A stretch of 32,000 bases of DNA. It comes from Desulfotalea psychrophila LSv54. GTDB lineage: Bacteria > Desulfobacterota > Desulfobulbia > Desulfobulbales > Desulfocapsaceae. This document shows, piece after piece, positions 15,786 to 26,500 of the stretch. The stretch covers positions 2,160,001 to 2,192,000 of the forward strand of contig NC_006138.1 in NCBI RefSeq assembly GCF_000025945.1, in the 5' to 3' direction. Below the pieces are notes generated by a model that was not told the origin of the DNA, did not search any database, and saw nothing but the letters and a program-made list of their open reading frames with translations. A program made the translations under genes and the position numbers. Each line of letters starts with the position of its first letter. Within the stretch, counting starts at the first letter, position 1.

Positions 15786-16349
15786 ATGTACGAACACGAT
15801 TTAAGTCTTGTAATTGATGAGGATCATCCCGCCTACAGGTGGGCTAAAAAACAGTCAGACTCAGTCTCTGCCCTAGGTCACATCGGCACCCATATTGATT
15901 GTTACCAACATGTTCCCGAAAAAAATGACTACCAGGTAGAGACCGTGGTTTTGGACTGTTCTGAGAGAATGCCCTTGCCAGCAGAGATAGAGGGTCTGGA
16001 CTTATCAGGGAAGGCCCTTGTTTTGTTCAGCGGCAACCTGGAAAAAAATGGTTACGGTTCACCGGAATATGGCGCCGAGAAGACGATTTTGCCAAGTGCT
16101 GTTCTTGATCTCATTCTGACAAAATCGCCAGCATTTATCCTTATAGATAGCTATGGCATCGGTGCTCACGGTGAAGAGCATATCTCCTTTGATAAGAGAT
16201 GTGAGGCAGAGAAATGTTTTGTTATTGAAAACGTTTTATTAACTGCTAGCATAGTCTTCTCTCTTACTCGCCTGAAAATACAATTTAACAGGGCGTTTGC
16301 AGCTACGGCAATACCATGTAAGCTGAGGGCCAGTACAGCATATCTCTAA
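15786..16349 (+). CDS. Putative cyclase-family protein (kynurenine-formamidase-like metal hydrolase fold)
   Basis: 187-aa ORF. The motif GHIGTHIDCYQH fits the HxGTHxDxPxH signature of the cyclase/KynB family. It is shorter than typical members. Confidence 0.5.
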   Translation: MYEHDLSLVIDEDHPAYRWAKKQSDSVSALGHIGTHIDCYQHVPEKNDYQVETVVLDCSERMPLPAEIEGLDLSGKALVLFSGNLEKNGYGSPEYGAEKTILPSAVLDLILTKSPAFILIDSYGIGAHGEEHISFDKRCEAEKCFVIENVLLTASIVFSLTRLKIQFNRAFAATAIPCKLRASTAYL

Positions 16350-16586
16350 GCTGACAAAATCAATATTTACTCTAGCTGAAGGTGGTCGACAGTTCTCCCC
16401 TAGACCCTCTCTTAAGAATATTCTGTTTTTTCTTTAAGATTTTACTTGGCAGTAATCCAGCTGCAAAACCTCACCTCTTAGCAAGGAAGATGGCTACCCC
16501 CGCATTAAAAGGTCTGTATAGGTGAGACCGATGTCCGGAAGACTTTTTCTCTGTGCTTTACTGTTGAAATTATAGCCGTTTTTTAG

Positions 16587-16616
16587 TTGTACTAGTCATC
16601 ATCCTTGCAGTATAAG
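16587..16616 (+). promoter_or_regulatory. Conserved sigma70-like promoter box upstream of hybrid kinase 1 (TTGTAC-N18-TATAAG)
   Basis: The sequence ttgtactagtcatcatccttgcagtataag is conserved nearly base for base at 19960-19989 and 23345-23374, while the surrounding intergenic DNA has diverged. A T-tract lies immediately upstream. Confidence 0.55.
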
Positions 16617-16752
16617 TTTGTCCTACAGGGGTAGTTCTACTGTCCCAATCATGGTCTGGATGAAAGGGTCCTCCTCGTTTAAGAGAGGCCATGACATCAG
16701 TTGTTCTTTCAGCATATCTATATAGTTTTTTTAAGTTGTGAAGAGTTTAAAA

Positions 16753-19700
16753 ATGAATTTTTTTTTAAGAAGTATCCTCCACTTTTTCTATCCTTGCCTG
16801 CTCATTGCCCTCTTGTGGGCGACGCCATCATTTGCCGCTGAAATCCAAAAAGAGCCAGATAGCCGTCAGGTTCTTATCGTTCAATCCGGTTATGAAGGTT
16901 ATCCATGGACAGATTCGCAAAATAAGGGCATTCAAGATGTTTTTTCTGCTGCCCCCCAACCAACCGATTTCTTTTTTGAGTATATTGACACCAAAAGAAA
17001 TCACGGCAAAGCCTATTTAAAAAATTTACAAAAATTCTGGGAAATTAAATATCGTAACCAGCAAATTGATCTTATTATTACCTGCGATAATCAGGCCTAT
17101 GAATTTATCATTAAAAATAGAATCTCTCTATTTCAAAATATCCCTCTGGTCTTTGCCGGGATGAATAAATTTAAGCCCGCTATGTTGAGGGGAAAGAGGC
17201 TGGTCACGGGGGTCACCGAAGAAAACGATCTTGAGGCAACCATTGACATTGCCCTTCGTCTTCATCCAAAGACTAAAAAGCTTGTCTTTATCATCCCTGG
17301 TGCTCAGCCGTATCGTTTGCAGTGGTTTAAAGATCTTCCCGTTCGCTATAGAGAAGAGGTAGAACAGATAATTATCACGGCAAGAGAGCTGGATGAAATT
17401 GATCGAGAGCTTGACAGTCTTGGCCCAAACTTGGTCGCCATTCTTCTCAACAGTGTCGTTGTCAGAGACGGCATTTATATGTCCTTTGAAAAATTTGTTA
17501 TCCATCTGGCAACAAATAGGCCATTTCCCCTCTATACACTCTGGGATAATACCCTAGGCCAGGGTATTGTTGGTGGTAAGTTAATAAGAGGAGAGTTACA
17601 GGGACGTAAGGCGGCTGAACTGGCATTGAAGATTTTACGGGGCATCCCTGTCGCGGAATTGCCCATTCTTGAGAAAATTCCAAATCAGTATATGTTTGAT
17701 TGGCACCAATTACAGAGATTTAACATTGATATAAGTGATCTGCCTGCGGAGGCAGTTGTCGTTAATAGACCTATCTCCTTTTATGCTCAAAATAAGCGAT
17801 TGGTGCAGGTGACCCTGAGCGGCATTTTTCTTCTCCTCCTTTTGGTTATTTCCCTTGCCACAGCGGTTATTAATCTGAAAAAAGCGCAGAAGAAGGTGTT
17901 TCTCTCCGATGATATATTGGAACAGATGCCTGAAGCCATCGTTCTTACAGGTATGGATGGAAATATTGAAAAGTGGCTTGGCAGGGCAGAGGAGATCTTT
18001 GGTTACTCTGAGAGTGACTGCCTTGGTCGTGCCCTGGCCTTTAATCAGTCCTCGGAACTTAATATAACGGAGCAGATAGAGGCAGGTATTGAGAAGAGTA
18101 GTAGGTTTCTGGGTGAGATAGCCTGTCTGAGAAAGGATGGTACCTCAGTTCCCATTGAGGTAACGTCTACAAGGGCTTTTTCCAGATCTGGAATAGCGGT
18201 GGGTACCATTAGTATCCTTCAGGATATCAGCGAACGAAGAGAGGCTAAGGAGTCCCTACGGGCAAGTGAGGACCGGTTTAGAAAGATGATAGCAAAATCA
18301 CCGATGCCCACCATGCTCACCAATCAAAACTATGACATTGCTTTTGTTAACGATAAATTCACAGAACTCTTTGGCTACAGACTAGAAGATATAGAAACAG
18401 GAAGAAAATGGTGGAAGAGCGCCTATCCAGATGCAAATTATCGAAGACGTGCTGAGGAAGGTTGGCGGGTTGCCATAAAAAAAATGCTTGCCGGTGATGC
18501 AGATATGGCAAGGCAGGAGTGGGATCTGACCGTAAAGGATGGTAGTGTACGTAGATGTGAATTTTATATGGTGCCCATAGAGGATTTATCACTGGTCATT
18601 GTCAATGATATTTCTCAACGCGTACGTGAGGCCAGTGAGAAAAATAAACTTGAATTACGCCTGCGGCAAGCGCAGAAGATGGAGGCTATTGGTGCTCTGG
18701 CCGGGGGCATTGCCCATGATTTTAATAATATTCTGGCTGTAATTCTTGGTTATGCAGAGCTTGCCAAAGATGAAATCCCGGCAAACTCGATAATAGGTGA
18801 AGATCTGGATCAGGTTATTGAGGGGGGTAATCGGGCTAAAGAGTTGGTAAAACAAATTCTTGCCTTTAGTCGTCAGGAGAAGGTGAAGCGTCTCCCCTTG
18901 CAGGTTCAGGTGCTTCTGAAAGAGACAATGAGAATGCTCAGGCCCTCCCTCCCCTCTACCATAGAGATCCAGACGGAAATAGATCCCCTATGTGGCTTTG
19001 TCCTGGCCGATCCAACTCAAGTGCATCAAATTATAATGAATCTCTGCACCAATGCCAACCATGCCATGGAAAAATCGGGGGGGAGGCTTGATATTGAGCT
19101 GAAGAGAATCTCTGTTGATGAGGGAAACAGGCATAAATACTCATCTCTTGTGCCGGGTGATTATGTTGTCTTGGTTGTCGCCGATACAGGGGAGGGCATA
19201 GCCCCCCATAATATTGGTAAAATATTTGAGCCATATTTTACCACTAAAGAGATTGGTAAGGGTACGGGAATGGGGCTTGCCACCATTCATGGGATTATCC
19301 GTGAGTATGGCGGGATAATAGATGTTGCAAGTGATCCTGAGCACGGATCTGTCTTTAGTGTGTTTTTTCCAGTAATTACTACAGAGAAAGTAGTTGCTGA
19401 TACTGTTGCTCAGGATTCTCCTCAGGACAGGGGCAGGATACTTCTGGTGGATGATGAAAAGCTACTGCTTACGGTGATCCAAAAGGTTTTGGCACGACTT
19501 GACTATAGGGTAACGACAAAAAGCAGCAGCTTGGAGGCATTGACCATCTTTAAAGAGAGTCCGGATGCATTCGATGCGATTATTACCGATCAAACCATGC
19601 CTGACATGGTCGGCTCAGATCTCGCTCAGGAAATTTTAAAAATCAGAGCTGATATTCCCATCATTCTCTGTACAGGATACAGTGATCAATTTGATGCGGA

Positions 19701-19797
19701 CCGGGTTCACTCTCTTGGCATTAGGGAGTTTGCCCTTAAGCCCCTAACCAAGGGCACCCTGGCCCATTTACTCTCCAGAGTGCTCGGCGATTATTAG
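16753..19797 (+). CDS. Hybrid sensor histidine kinase/response regulator, paralog 1 (periplasmic solute-binding-like domain, TM, 2 PAS, HisKA, HATPase_c, REC)
   Basis: I prefer the ATG at 16753 (MNFF..., conserved in all three paralogs) over the GTG at 16738. The N-terminus has a signal/TM segment followed by VLIVQSGYEGYPWTD, resembling the ABC_sub_bind-type periplasmic domain. A second TM (IFLLLLLVISLATAV) is followed by two PAS-like segments. The H-box is GGIAHDFNNIL, with an N-box NLCTNANHAM and a G-box DTGEGI...GKGTGMGL. The REC domain has LLVDDE and ITDQTMPDM. Confidence 0.9.
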   Translation: MNFFLRSILHFFYPCLLIALLWATPSFAAEIQKEPDSRQVLIVQSGYEGYPWTDSQNKGIQDVFSAAPQPTDFFFEYIDTKRNHGKAYLKNLQKFWEIKYRNQQIDLIITCDNQAYEFIIKNRISLFQNIPLVFAGMNKFKPAMLRGKRLVTGVTEENDLEATIDIALRLHPKTKKLVFIIPGAQPYRLQWFKDLPVRYREEVEQIIITARELDEIDRELDSLGPNLVAILLNSVVVRDGIYMSFEKFVIHLATNRPFPLYTLWDNTLGQGIVGGKLIRGELQGRKAAELALKILRGIPVAELPILEKIPNQYMFDWHQLQRFNIDISDLPAEAVVVNRPISFYAQNKRLVQVTLSGIFLLLLLVISLATAVINLKKAQKKVFLSDDILEQMPEAIVLTGMDGNIEKWLGRAEEIFGYSESDCLGRALAFNQSSELNITEQIEAGIEKSSRFLGEIACLRKDGTSVPIEVTSTRAFSRSGIAVGTISILQDISERREAKESLRASEDRFRKMIAKSPMPTMLTNQNYDIAFVNDKFTELFGYRLEDIETGRKWWKSAYPDANYRRRAEEGWRVAIKKMLAGDADMARQEWDLTVKDGSVRRCEFYMVPIEDLSLVIVNDISQRVREASEKNKLELRLRQAQKMEAIGALAGGIAHDFNNILAVILGYAELAKDEIPANSIIGEDLDQVIEGGNRAKELVKQILAFSRQEKVKRLPLQVQVLLKETMRMLRPSLPSTIEIQTEIDPLCGFVLADPTQVHQIIMNLCTNANHAMEKSGGRLDIELKRISVDEGNRHKYSSLVPGDYVVLVVADTGEGIAPHNIGKIFEPYFTTKEIGKGTGMGLATIHGIIREYGGIIDVASDPEHGSVFSVFFPVITTEKVVADTVAQDSPQDRGRILLVDDEKLLLTVIQKVLARLDYRVTTKSSSLEALTIFKESPDAFDAIITDQTMPDMVGSDLAQEILKIRADIPIILCTGYSDQFDADRVHSLGIREFALKPLTKGTLAHLLSRVLGDY

Positions 19798-19959
19798 GGA
19801 TGGATCATCGCTAATAATTTGTTTTTATAAAAATGGTCAATGTGATTATATCCAACCTGTATTAAGGGCTTGGTGAAATTTAGAGGCTAAAAAGAAGATT
19901 CCTGCCCTCTCTCGACTTTGCCTAGCTCTTACTTGCCGCTTGCGCTGGCGGGCTTTTTA

Positions 19960-19989
19960 TTGTACTAGTCGTATTCTTTGCAGTATAAG
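19960..19989 (+). promoter_or_regulatory. Conserved sigma70-like promoter box upstream of hybrid kinase 2 (TTGTAC-N18-TATAAG)
   Basis: The sequence is ttgtactagtcgtattctttgcagtataag. It has the same spacing and the same cttgcag/tttgcag block before the -10 as at 16587 and 23345. Confidence 0.55.
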
Positions 19990-20129
19990 TTGATGAAATG
20001 AATTTTCTGGATTGTCTCCGTATTAGTTAGAATAGGATTTTTAGGACTTTTCTTGGGAAAGGCTCTAAATTCTGTTTAAAGTCAGTTGCAGGCTTAACGT
20101 ATATTTTTTAAGTTGTGAGGCATTTGGGA

Positions 20130-23100
20130 ATGAATTTTATCTCAAGATGTGTTTTTAAAAATAAGTTTCCTTTTTTTCATCTGTGCCTGCTTATAGCCTT
20201 TTTCCTGCCCAGCCTGCCTCTTCTATCCGCGTTCCCACAAAAAGAGGTACATAATCGACAAATCCTCATTATTCAAGCTGGTTATGAAGGTTATCCCTGG
20301 ACAGATTCGCAACATAAGGGGATTCAAGATGTTTTCTCCTCTGTCCCGGAGCCGACCGATTTGTTCTTTGAATATATCGATAGCAAACGAAATCATGGGG
20401 TCACCTATTTTAAGAATCTGCAAAAATTCTGGGAAATCAAATACAGCAATCAGCACATCGACCTGATTATTACCTGCGATAATCAGGCATATGAATTTTT
20501 TTTGAAAAACAGAAGCGCTCTGTTTCAGGATACCCCTCTGGTTTTTGCTGGGGTAAACAGGTTCGATTCCGCCAGCTTGAAGGGGAAGAAGCTGATCACT
20601 GGTATAGTGGAAGAAAACGATCTTGAGGCAACCGTTGAAATTGCCCTTCATCTTCATCCAAGAACAAAAAAGATTGTCTTCATTATCCCCGGTGCTCAGT
20701 CGTATCGTTTGCAGTGGGTTAAAGATCTTCCTGCTCGGTATAGAGAAGAGGTAGAACAGGTTATTCTCACCGTAAAAGAACTGGGTGAAATCGACCGAGA
20801 GCTTGATGCTCTTGGGCCAGATATTATCGCCATTCTCCTCCACAATGTTGTTAGTAGAGACGGTATCTATATGCCAGTTCAAAAATTTGTTGTCCATCTG
20901 GCAGAGAATAGACCCTTTCCCATCTATGCACTTTGGGATAGCACCCTGGGCCGGGGCATTGTTGGCGGTAAATTGGTCAATGGAGAGTTGCAGGGGCGTG
21001 AGGTGGCCAAGTTGGCATTAAAGATTTTACGTGGAACCTCTGTTAGTGAACTGCCCGTCATTGAGATTCCAAATCAGTATATGTTCGACTGGCAACAGCT
21101 GCAGAGATTCAACGTCGACCTCAGTGACCTGCCTGCGGAGGCAGTTGTCATTAATAGGCCTATCTCCTTTTATGTTCAAAATAAGCGACTGGTGCAGATG
21201 ACCCTTAGCGGTATTTCTCTTCTCCTCCTTTTGGTTATTTTCCTTACCACAGCCCTTATTTATCTGAAAAAAGCGCAGAATAAGGTGCTTCTCTCCGATG
21301 AGATACTGGAACAGATGCCCGAGGCCATTGTCCTTACAGATTTGGATGGAAATATTGAAAAGTGGCTTGGCAGGGCAGAGGAGATCTTTGGCTACTCTGA
21401 GAGTGAATGCCTTGGTCGTGTACTTGCCTTTAATCAGCCCTTGGAACTCAACATAACGGAGCAGATAGAGGCGGGTCTTAAAGAGAAAGGCAGGTTTCTG
21501 GGTGAGATATCCTGTCTGAGAAAGGATGGCAGAGCTGTTCCCATTGAGGTAACGGCCACAAGAGTTTTTTCCAGATCTGGAATAGTGGTGGGCACCATCA
21601 GTATCCTCCAGGATATCACTGAACGAAGGCGGGCCAAGGAGTTCCTGCGGGTAAGTGAGGTCAGGTTTAGAAAGATGGTTGCAAAATCACCCATGCCTAC
21701 TATCTTAACCGATCAAAATCAGGACCTCATCTTTGTCAACGATAAGTTTACAGAACTCTTTGGCTACAGGCTAGAAGATATCGACACAGAGAAAAAATGG
21801 TGGGAGAGTGCCTATCCAGATGCAAATTATCGTAAAATGGTTAAAAATATCTGGCGGATCGCCATCAAGAGGGCAGTTGCTGATGATAGGGATATAGAGG
21901 TGCAGGAGTGGGATCTCACCACAAGGGATGGCAGGGTAAGCAGATGTGAATTTTATATGGTGCCCATAGAAGAACAATCTTTGATTGTTATCAATGATAT
22001 ATCCCAACGCATACGCGATGCCAGTGAAAAAAATAAACTTGAAATGCAGTTGCAACAGGCCCAGAAGATGGAGGCCATTGGTACCCTGGCCGGGGGCATT
22101 GCCCATGATTTCAATAATATTCTGGCTGTAATCCTTGGTTATGCAGAGCTTGCCAAGGATGAGGTCCCGGCAAACTCGGTTATAGAGAAAGATCTGGATC
22201 AGGTTATTGTGGGGGGTAATCGGGCTAAAGAGTTGGTAAAACAAATTCTTGCCTTTAGTCGCCAAGAGAAGGTGGAACGTCTGCCCATGAAGGTGCAGGT
22301 CCTTCTTAAAGAGGCAATGAGAATGCTCAGACCTTCCCTCCCCTCTACCATAGAGATTCAGACGGAAATTGATCCTCTCTGTGGTTTTATTCTGGCCGAC
22401 CCAACCCAGGTGCATCAAATTATAATGAATCTCTGCACCAATGCCAACCACGCCATGGATAAATCGGGGGGGAGACTTCATATTGAGCTGAAGAGAATCT
22501 CTATTGACGAGGAAAATGAGCATTCATCTCTTCGATCGGGTGATTATGTTGTCCTGGTTGTAGCCGATACAGGGAAGGGAATAGCCCCCGATAATATTGG
22601 CAAAATATTTGAGCCATATTTTACCACTAAAGAGATAGGTAAGGGCACGGGCATGGGGCTTGCCACCATCCATGGGATTATCCGTGAGTATGGCGGGAGA
22701 ATAGATGTTGTTAGTGTTCCTGGGCACGGCGCTGCTTTTAGTGTGTATTTCCCAGTGATTACTGCAGTTGAAACAACTGAAAATGCGGTGATTAAGGAAA
22801 CGCCCCAGGGCAGTGGACGAATACTGTTGATAGACGACGAAGAGTTACTGCTTACGGTGGGCAAAAAGGTTCTGGAACGACTTGGTTATAGGGTAACAAC
22901 AAAGAGCAGCAGCCTGGAGGCCTTGGCCATCTTCAAAGAGAGGCCGGATGCATTCGATGCGATTATTACCGATCAAACCATGCCGGATATGTTTGGTTCA
23001 GATCTAGCCCAGGAAATTTTAAAAATTAGAGCCGATATTCCCATTATTCTCTGTACAGGATACAGTGATCAATTTGATACCGATATGGCTCATTCTCTTG

Positions 23101-23186
23101 GCATTAGAGAATTTGTCCTTAAGCCTCTGACTAAGGTCACCCTCGCTAATCTTCTTTCCGGGGTTCTAGGTGGTCAGCAGGAATGA
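20130..23186 (+). CDS. Hybrid sensor histidine kinase/response regulator, paralog 2
   Basis: It has the same domain order and motifs as paralog 1. I prefer the ATG at 20130 (MNFIS...) over the GTG at 20115. Its C-terminal half is nearly identical to paralog 3. Confidence 0.9.
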   Translation: MNFISRCVFKNKFPFFHLCLLIAFFLPSLPLLSAFPQKEVHNRQILIIQAGYEGYPWTDSQHKGIQDVFSSVPEPTDLFFEYIDSKRNHGVTYFKNLQKFWEIKYSNQHIDLIITCDNQAYEFFLKNRSALFQDTPLVFAGVNRFDSASLKGKKLITGIVEENDLEATVEIALHLHPRTKKIVFIIPGAQSYRLQWVKDLPARYREEVEQVILTVKELGEIDRELDALGPDIIAILLHNVVSRDGIYMPVQKFVVHLAENRPFPIYALWDSTLGRGIVGGKLVNGELQGREVAKLALKILRGTSVSELPVIEIPNQYMFDWQQLQRFNVDLSDLPAEAVVINRPISFYVQNKRLVQMTLSGISLLLLLVIFLTTALIYLKKAQNKVLLSDEILEQMPEAIVLTDLDGNIEKWLGRAEEIFGYSESECLGRVLAFNQPLELNITEQIEAGLKEKGRFLGEISCLRKDGRAVPIEVTATRVFSRSGIVVGTISILQDITERRRAKEFLRVSEVRFRKMVAKSPMPTILTDQNQDLIFVNDKFTELFGYRLEDIDTEKKWWESAYPDANYRKMVKNIWRIAIKRAVADDRDIEVQEWDLTTRDGRVSRCEFYMVPIEEQSLIVINDISQRIRDASEKNKLEMQLQQAQKMEAIGTLAGGIAHDFNNILAVILGYAELAKDEVPANSVIEKDLDQVIVGGNRAKELVKQILAFSRQEKVERLPMKVQVLLKEAMRMLRPSLPSTIEIQTEIDPLCGFILADPTQVHQIIMNLCTNANHAMDKSGGRLHIELKRISIDEENEHSSLRSGDYVVLVVADTGKGIAPDNIGKIFEPYFTTKEIGKGTGMGLATIHGIIREYGGRIDVVSVPGHGAAFSVYFPVITAVETTENAVIKETPQGSGRILLIDDEELLLTVGKKVLERLGYRVTTKSSSLEALAIFKERPDAFDAIITDQTMPDMFGSDLAQEILKIRADIPIILCTGYSDQFDTDMAHSLGIREFVLKPLTKVTLANLLSGVLGGQQE

Positions 23187-23344
23187 GCTGGCTCTAGCCT
23201 GAACTTGTGGAAACTAAGGAGTGAATAGTATAATGCCGTGTGATCTGTTCTGCAACCAACTGTCCGGCATGAAATGAGCACCAAATTAAAATTTCCCCCT
23301 CTATCTGCCTCTTCCTTACTATTTATAGTTACAGCCTTTTTTTC

Positions 23345-23374
23345 TTGTATTAATTAGCTATCTTGCAGTATAAG
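23345..23374 (+). promoter_or_regulatory. Conserved sigma70-like promoter box upstream of hybrid kinase 3 (TTGTAT-N18-TATAAG)
   Basis: The sequence is ttgtattaattagctatcttgcagtataag, with the same architecture as the other two boxes. Confidence 0.5.
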
Positions 23375-23537
23375 TGTGTTCTTTTTAAAGGTTGCTACTT
23401 CAAAAACATGGTTTCATACCCGCCTCAATCCCTATTAATTTAAAAGATGTTCCCCTGAAATAAATCTTGGCTTTTTTGTGTTGGTAACTCTTATCTTAAC
23501 ATATTTGTGTAGTTTTTGAGTTGTAAGGAATTTAAAA

Positions 23538-26500
23538 ATGAATTTTGTATTAAGATCTCTTTTGAAAAGTAACTTTCCATTGTTCTACTGTTGTCTGCTG
23601 TCAGTTCTTCTCTTGTCTGTCCTGCCACTTTTTGCCGAGTCTCCGCAAAAAGAGCTGCATAGCCGTCAGGTTCTTATTATTCAATCCGGTTATGAAGGTT
23701 ATCTATGGACAGAATCACTGAATAGGGGGATTCAGGATGTTTTTTCCTCTGCCCCGGAAGCAACCAATTTTTTCTTTGAGTATATTGATACTAAACGAAA
23801 TCATGGTGGCACTTATTTTGCTGATTTACGAAATTTTTGGGAAATTAAATATCGTAATCAGCAGATTGACCTTATTATCACCTGTGATACCCCAGCATAT
23901 GAACTTCTTCTGAAAAACAGAAGCTCTCTGTTTAAAGATATTCCTTTGGTTTTTACCGGGGTGAACAGGTTTAATCCCACCAGCTTGAAGGGAAAGAAAC
24001 TGATCACCGGTATAGTAGAAGAAAACGATTTTAAGGCAACCGTTGACATTGCCCTACAGCTTCATCCAAAGATAAAAAAGCTTGTCTTCATTATTCCCGG
24101 TGCTCAGTCGTATCGTTTGCAGTGGGTTAAAGATCTTCCTGCTCGGTATCGAGAAGAGGTAGAACAGGTTATTATCACCGGAAAAGAGCTGGGTGAAATT
24201 GATAGAGAGTTTGATGCTCTCGGGCCAAATATCATCGCCATTCTCCTTAGCAGTGTTGTTCCCATAGACGGTATTTATATACCATATCAACAGCTTGTTC
24301 CCCATTTGGCAAAGAATAGACCATTTCCTTTCTACACACTCTGGGACAGTACCCTAGGCCAAGGCATTGTTGGTGGCAAGTTGATCAGTGGAGAGTGGCA
24401 GGGGCGTGAGGCGGCCAAGCTGGCATTAAAAATTTTACAAGGCACCCCCGTTAGCGAATTGCCCGTTATTGAAAGAGGTTCAAATCGGTATATGTTCGAT
24501 TGGCAACAGTTACAGCGATTCAACATTGACCTCAGTGATCTGCCTGCGGAGGCAGTTGTCATCAACAGACCTATCTCTTTTTATGCTCAAAATAAGCGAC
24601 TGGTGCAGATGACCCTTACCTGTATCTTCATCCTTGTCATACTGGTTATTTCCCTTGCCACAGCCCTTATTCGTCTGAAAAAAGTGGAGAGTAAGGTGCT
24701 TCTCTCCGATGAGATATTGGAACAGATGCCCGAAGCCATTGTTCTTATAGGTATGGATGGAAATATTGAAAAGTGGCTTGGCAGGGCAGAGGATATCTTC
24801 GGCTATTCAGAGAGTGAGTGCCTCGGTCGTCCGTTTGCCTTCGACCAGTCCTTCGAAGTTAGAACGGCTATAACGGGACAAATAGAGAAAGCTATAGAAA
24901 AGAAAGGTAGCTTTGTGGGTGAAACATCCTGTCTGAGAAAGGATGGCTCCTTAGTTCCCATTGAGGTGACGTCCACAAGAGCTTTTTCCAGATCTGGAAT
25001 AGCGATGGGTACCATCAGTATTCTCCAGGATATCACTGAACGAAGGCAGGCTAAGGAGTCCCTACGGGCAAGTGAGAGCCGGTTTAGAAAGATGGTCGCA
25101 AAATCACCCATGCCTACCATGATAAATGGTCAAAACCAGGAGATAGTCTTTGTTAACGATAAGCTCACAGAACTCTTTGGCTACAGGCTAGAAGATATCG
25201 ACACAGAGAAAAAATGGTGGGAGAGCGCCTATCCAGATGCAAATTATCGTAAAAGAGTTAAAAATACCTGGGATTTAGCCATAAAAAGGGCAATTGTTGA
25301 TGATAGGGATATAGAGGTGCAGGAGTGGGACCTCACTACAAGGGATGGTAGTGTGCACAGATGTGAATTTTATATGGTGCCGATTGAGGAGTTGTCACTG
25401 GTCATTGTCAATGATATTTCCCCACGTGTACGTGAGGCCAGTGAGAAAAGCAGGCTTGAATTGCAGTTACAGCAGGCCCAGAAGATGGAGGCTATTGGTA
25501 CCCTGGCCGGAGGCATTGCCCATGATTTCAATAATATTCTGGCCGTCATCCTTGGTTATGCAGAGCTTGCCAAGGATGAGGCCCCGGCAAACTCGGTTAT
25601 AGAGAAAGATCTGGATCAGGTTATTGTAGGGGGCAATCGGGCTAAAGAGTTGGTTAAACAAATTCTTGCCTTTAGTCGTCAGGAGAAGGTGGAACGTCTG
25701 CCCATGAAGGTGCAGGTCCTTCTTAAAGAGACAATGCGAATGCTCAGACCTTCCCTCCCCTCTACCATAGAGATTCAGACGGAAATCGATCCTCTCTGTG
25801 GTTTTATTTTGGCCGACCCAACCCAGGTGCATCAAATTATAATGAATATCTGCACCAATGCCAACCACGCCATGGATAAATCGGGGGGGAGACTTAATAT
25901 TGAGCTGAAGAGAATCTCTATTGACGAGGAAAATGAGCATTCATCTCTTCGATCGGGTGATTATGTTGTTCTGGTTGTAGCCGATACAGGGGAGGGCATA
26001 GCTCCCAATAATATTGGCAAAATATTTGAGCCATATTTTACCACTAAAGAGATAGGTAAGGGCACGGGCATGGGGCTTGCCACCATCCATGGGATTATCC
26101 GTGAGTATGGCGGCAGAATAGATGTTGTTAGTGTTCTTGGTCACGGCTCTGCTTTTAGTGTGTATTTCCCAGTGATTACTGCAGTTGAAACAATTGAGAA
26201 TACGGTGCTTGAGGAAACGCCCCAGGGGAGGGGTCGAATACTTTTGGTAGACGACGAAGAGTTACTGCTTACGGTGGGCAAAAAGGTTCTGGAACGACTT
26301 GGTTATAGGGTAACAACAAAGAGCAGTAGCCTGGAGGCCTTGGCCATCTTCAAAGAGAGGCCGAATGCATTCGATGCGATTATTACCGATCAAACCATGC
26401 CGGATATGGTTGGTTCAGATCTAGCTCAGGAAATTTTAAAAATTAGAGCCGATATTCCCATTATTCTCTGTACAGGATACAGTGATCAATTTGATACCGA

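Noticed and set aside
16587-16616. Conserved cTTGCAg upstream of each kinase read as a sigma-54 -12 element
   Set aside because: There is no GG dinucleotide at the required position about 10 nt upstream (the -24 TGGCAC). The TTGTAC-N18-TATAAG geometry fits sigma-70 better.
23233-23277. 14-aa Cys-containing micro-ORF (MPCDLFCNQLSGMK) after kinase 2 with AAGGAG upstream
   Set aside because: The SD spacing is long (11 nt), there is no counterpart in the homologous flank after kinase 3, and the length is consistent with chance.
17128-26144. Long antisense ORFs conserved in all three kinase genes (for example 20223-20897, 224 aa; 21771-22523, 250 aa; 25467-25940; and the 67-aa trio 19141-19344, 22524-22727, 25941-26144)
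   Set aside because: Their conservation follows from the paralogous sense strands. The homologous antisense frames are broken by stops at different places in different copies (224 versus 125 versus 83 aa), which argues against selection. No RBS is present.
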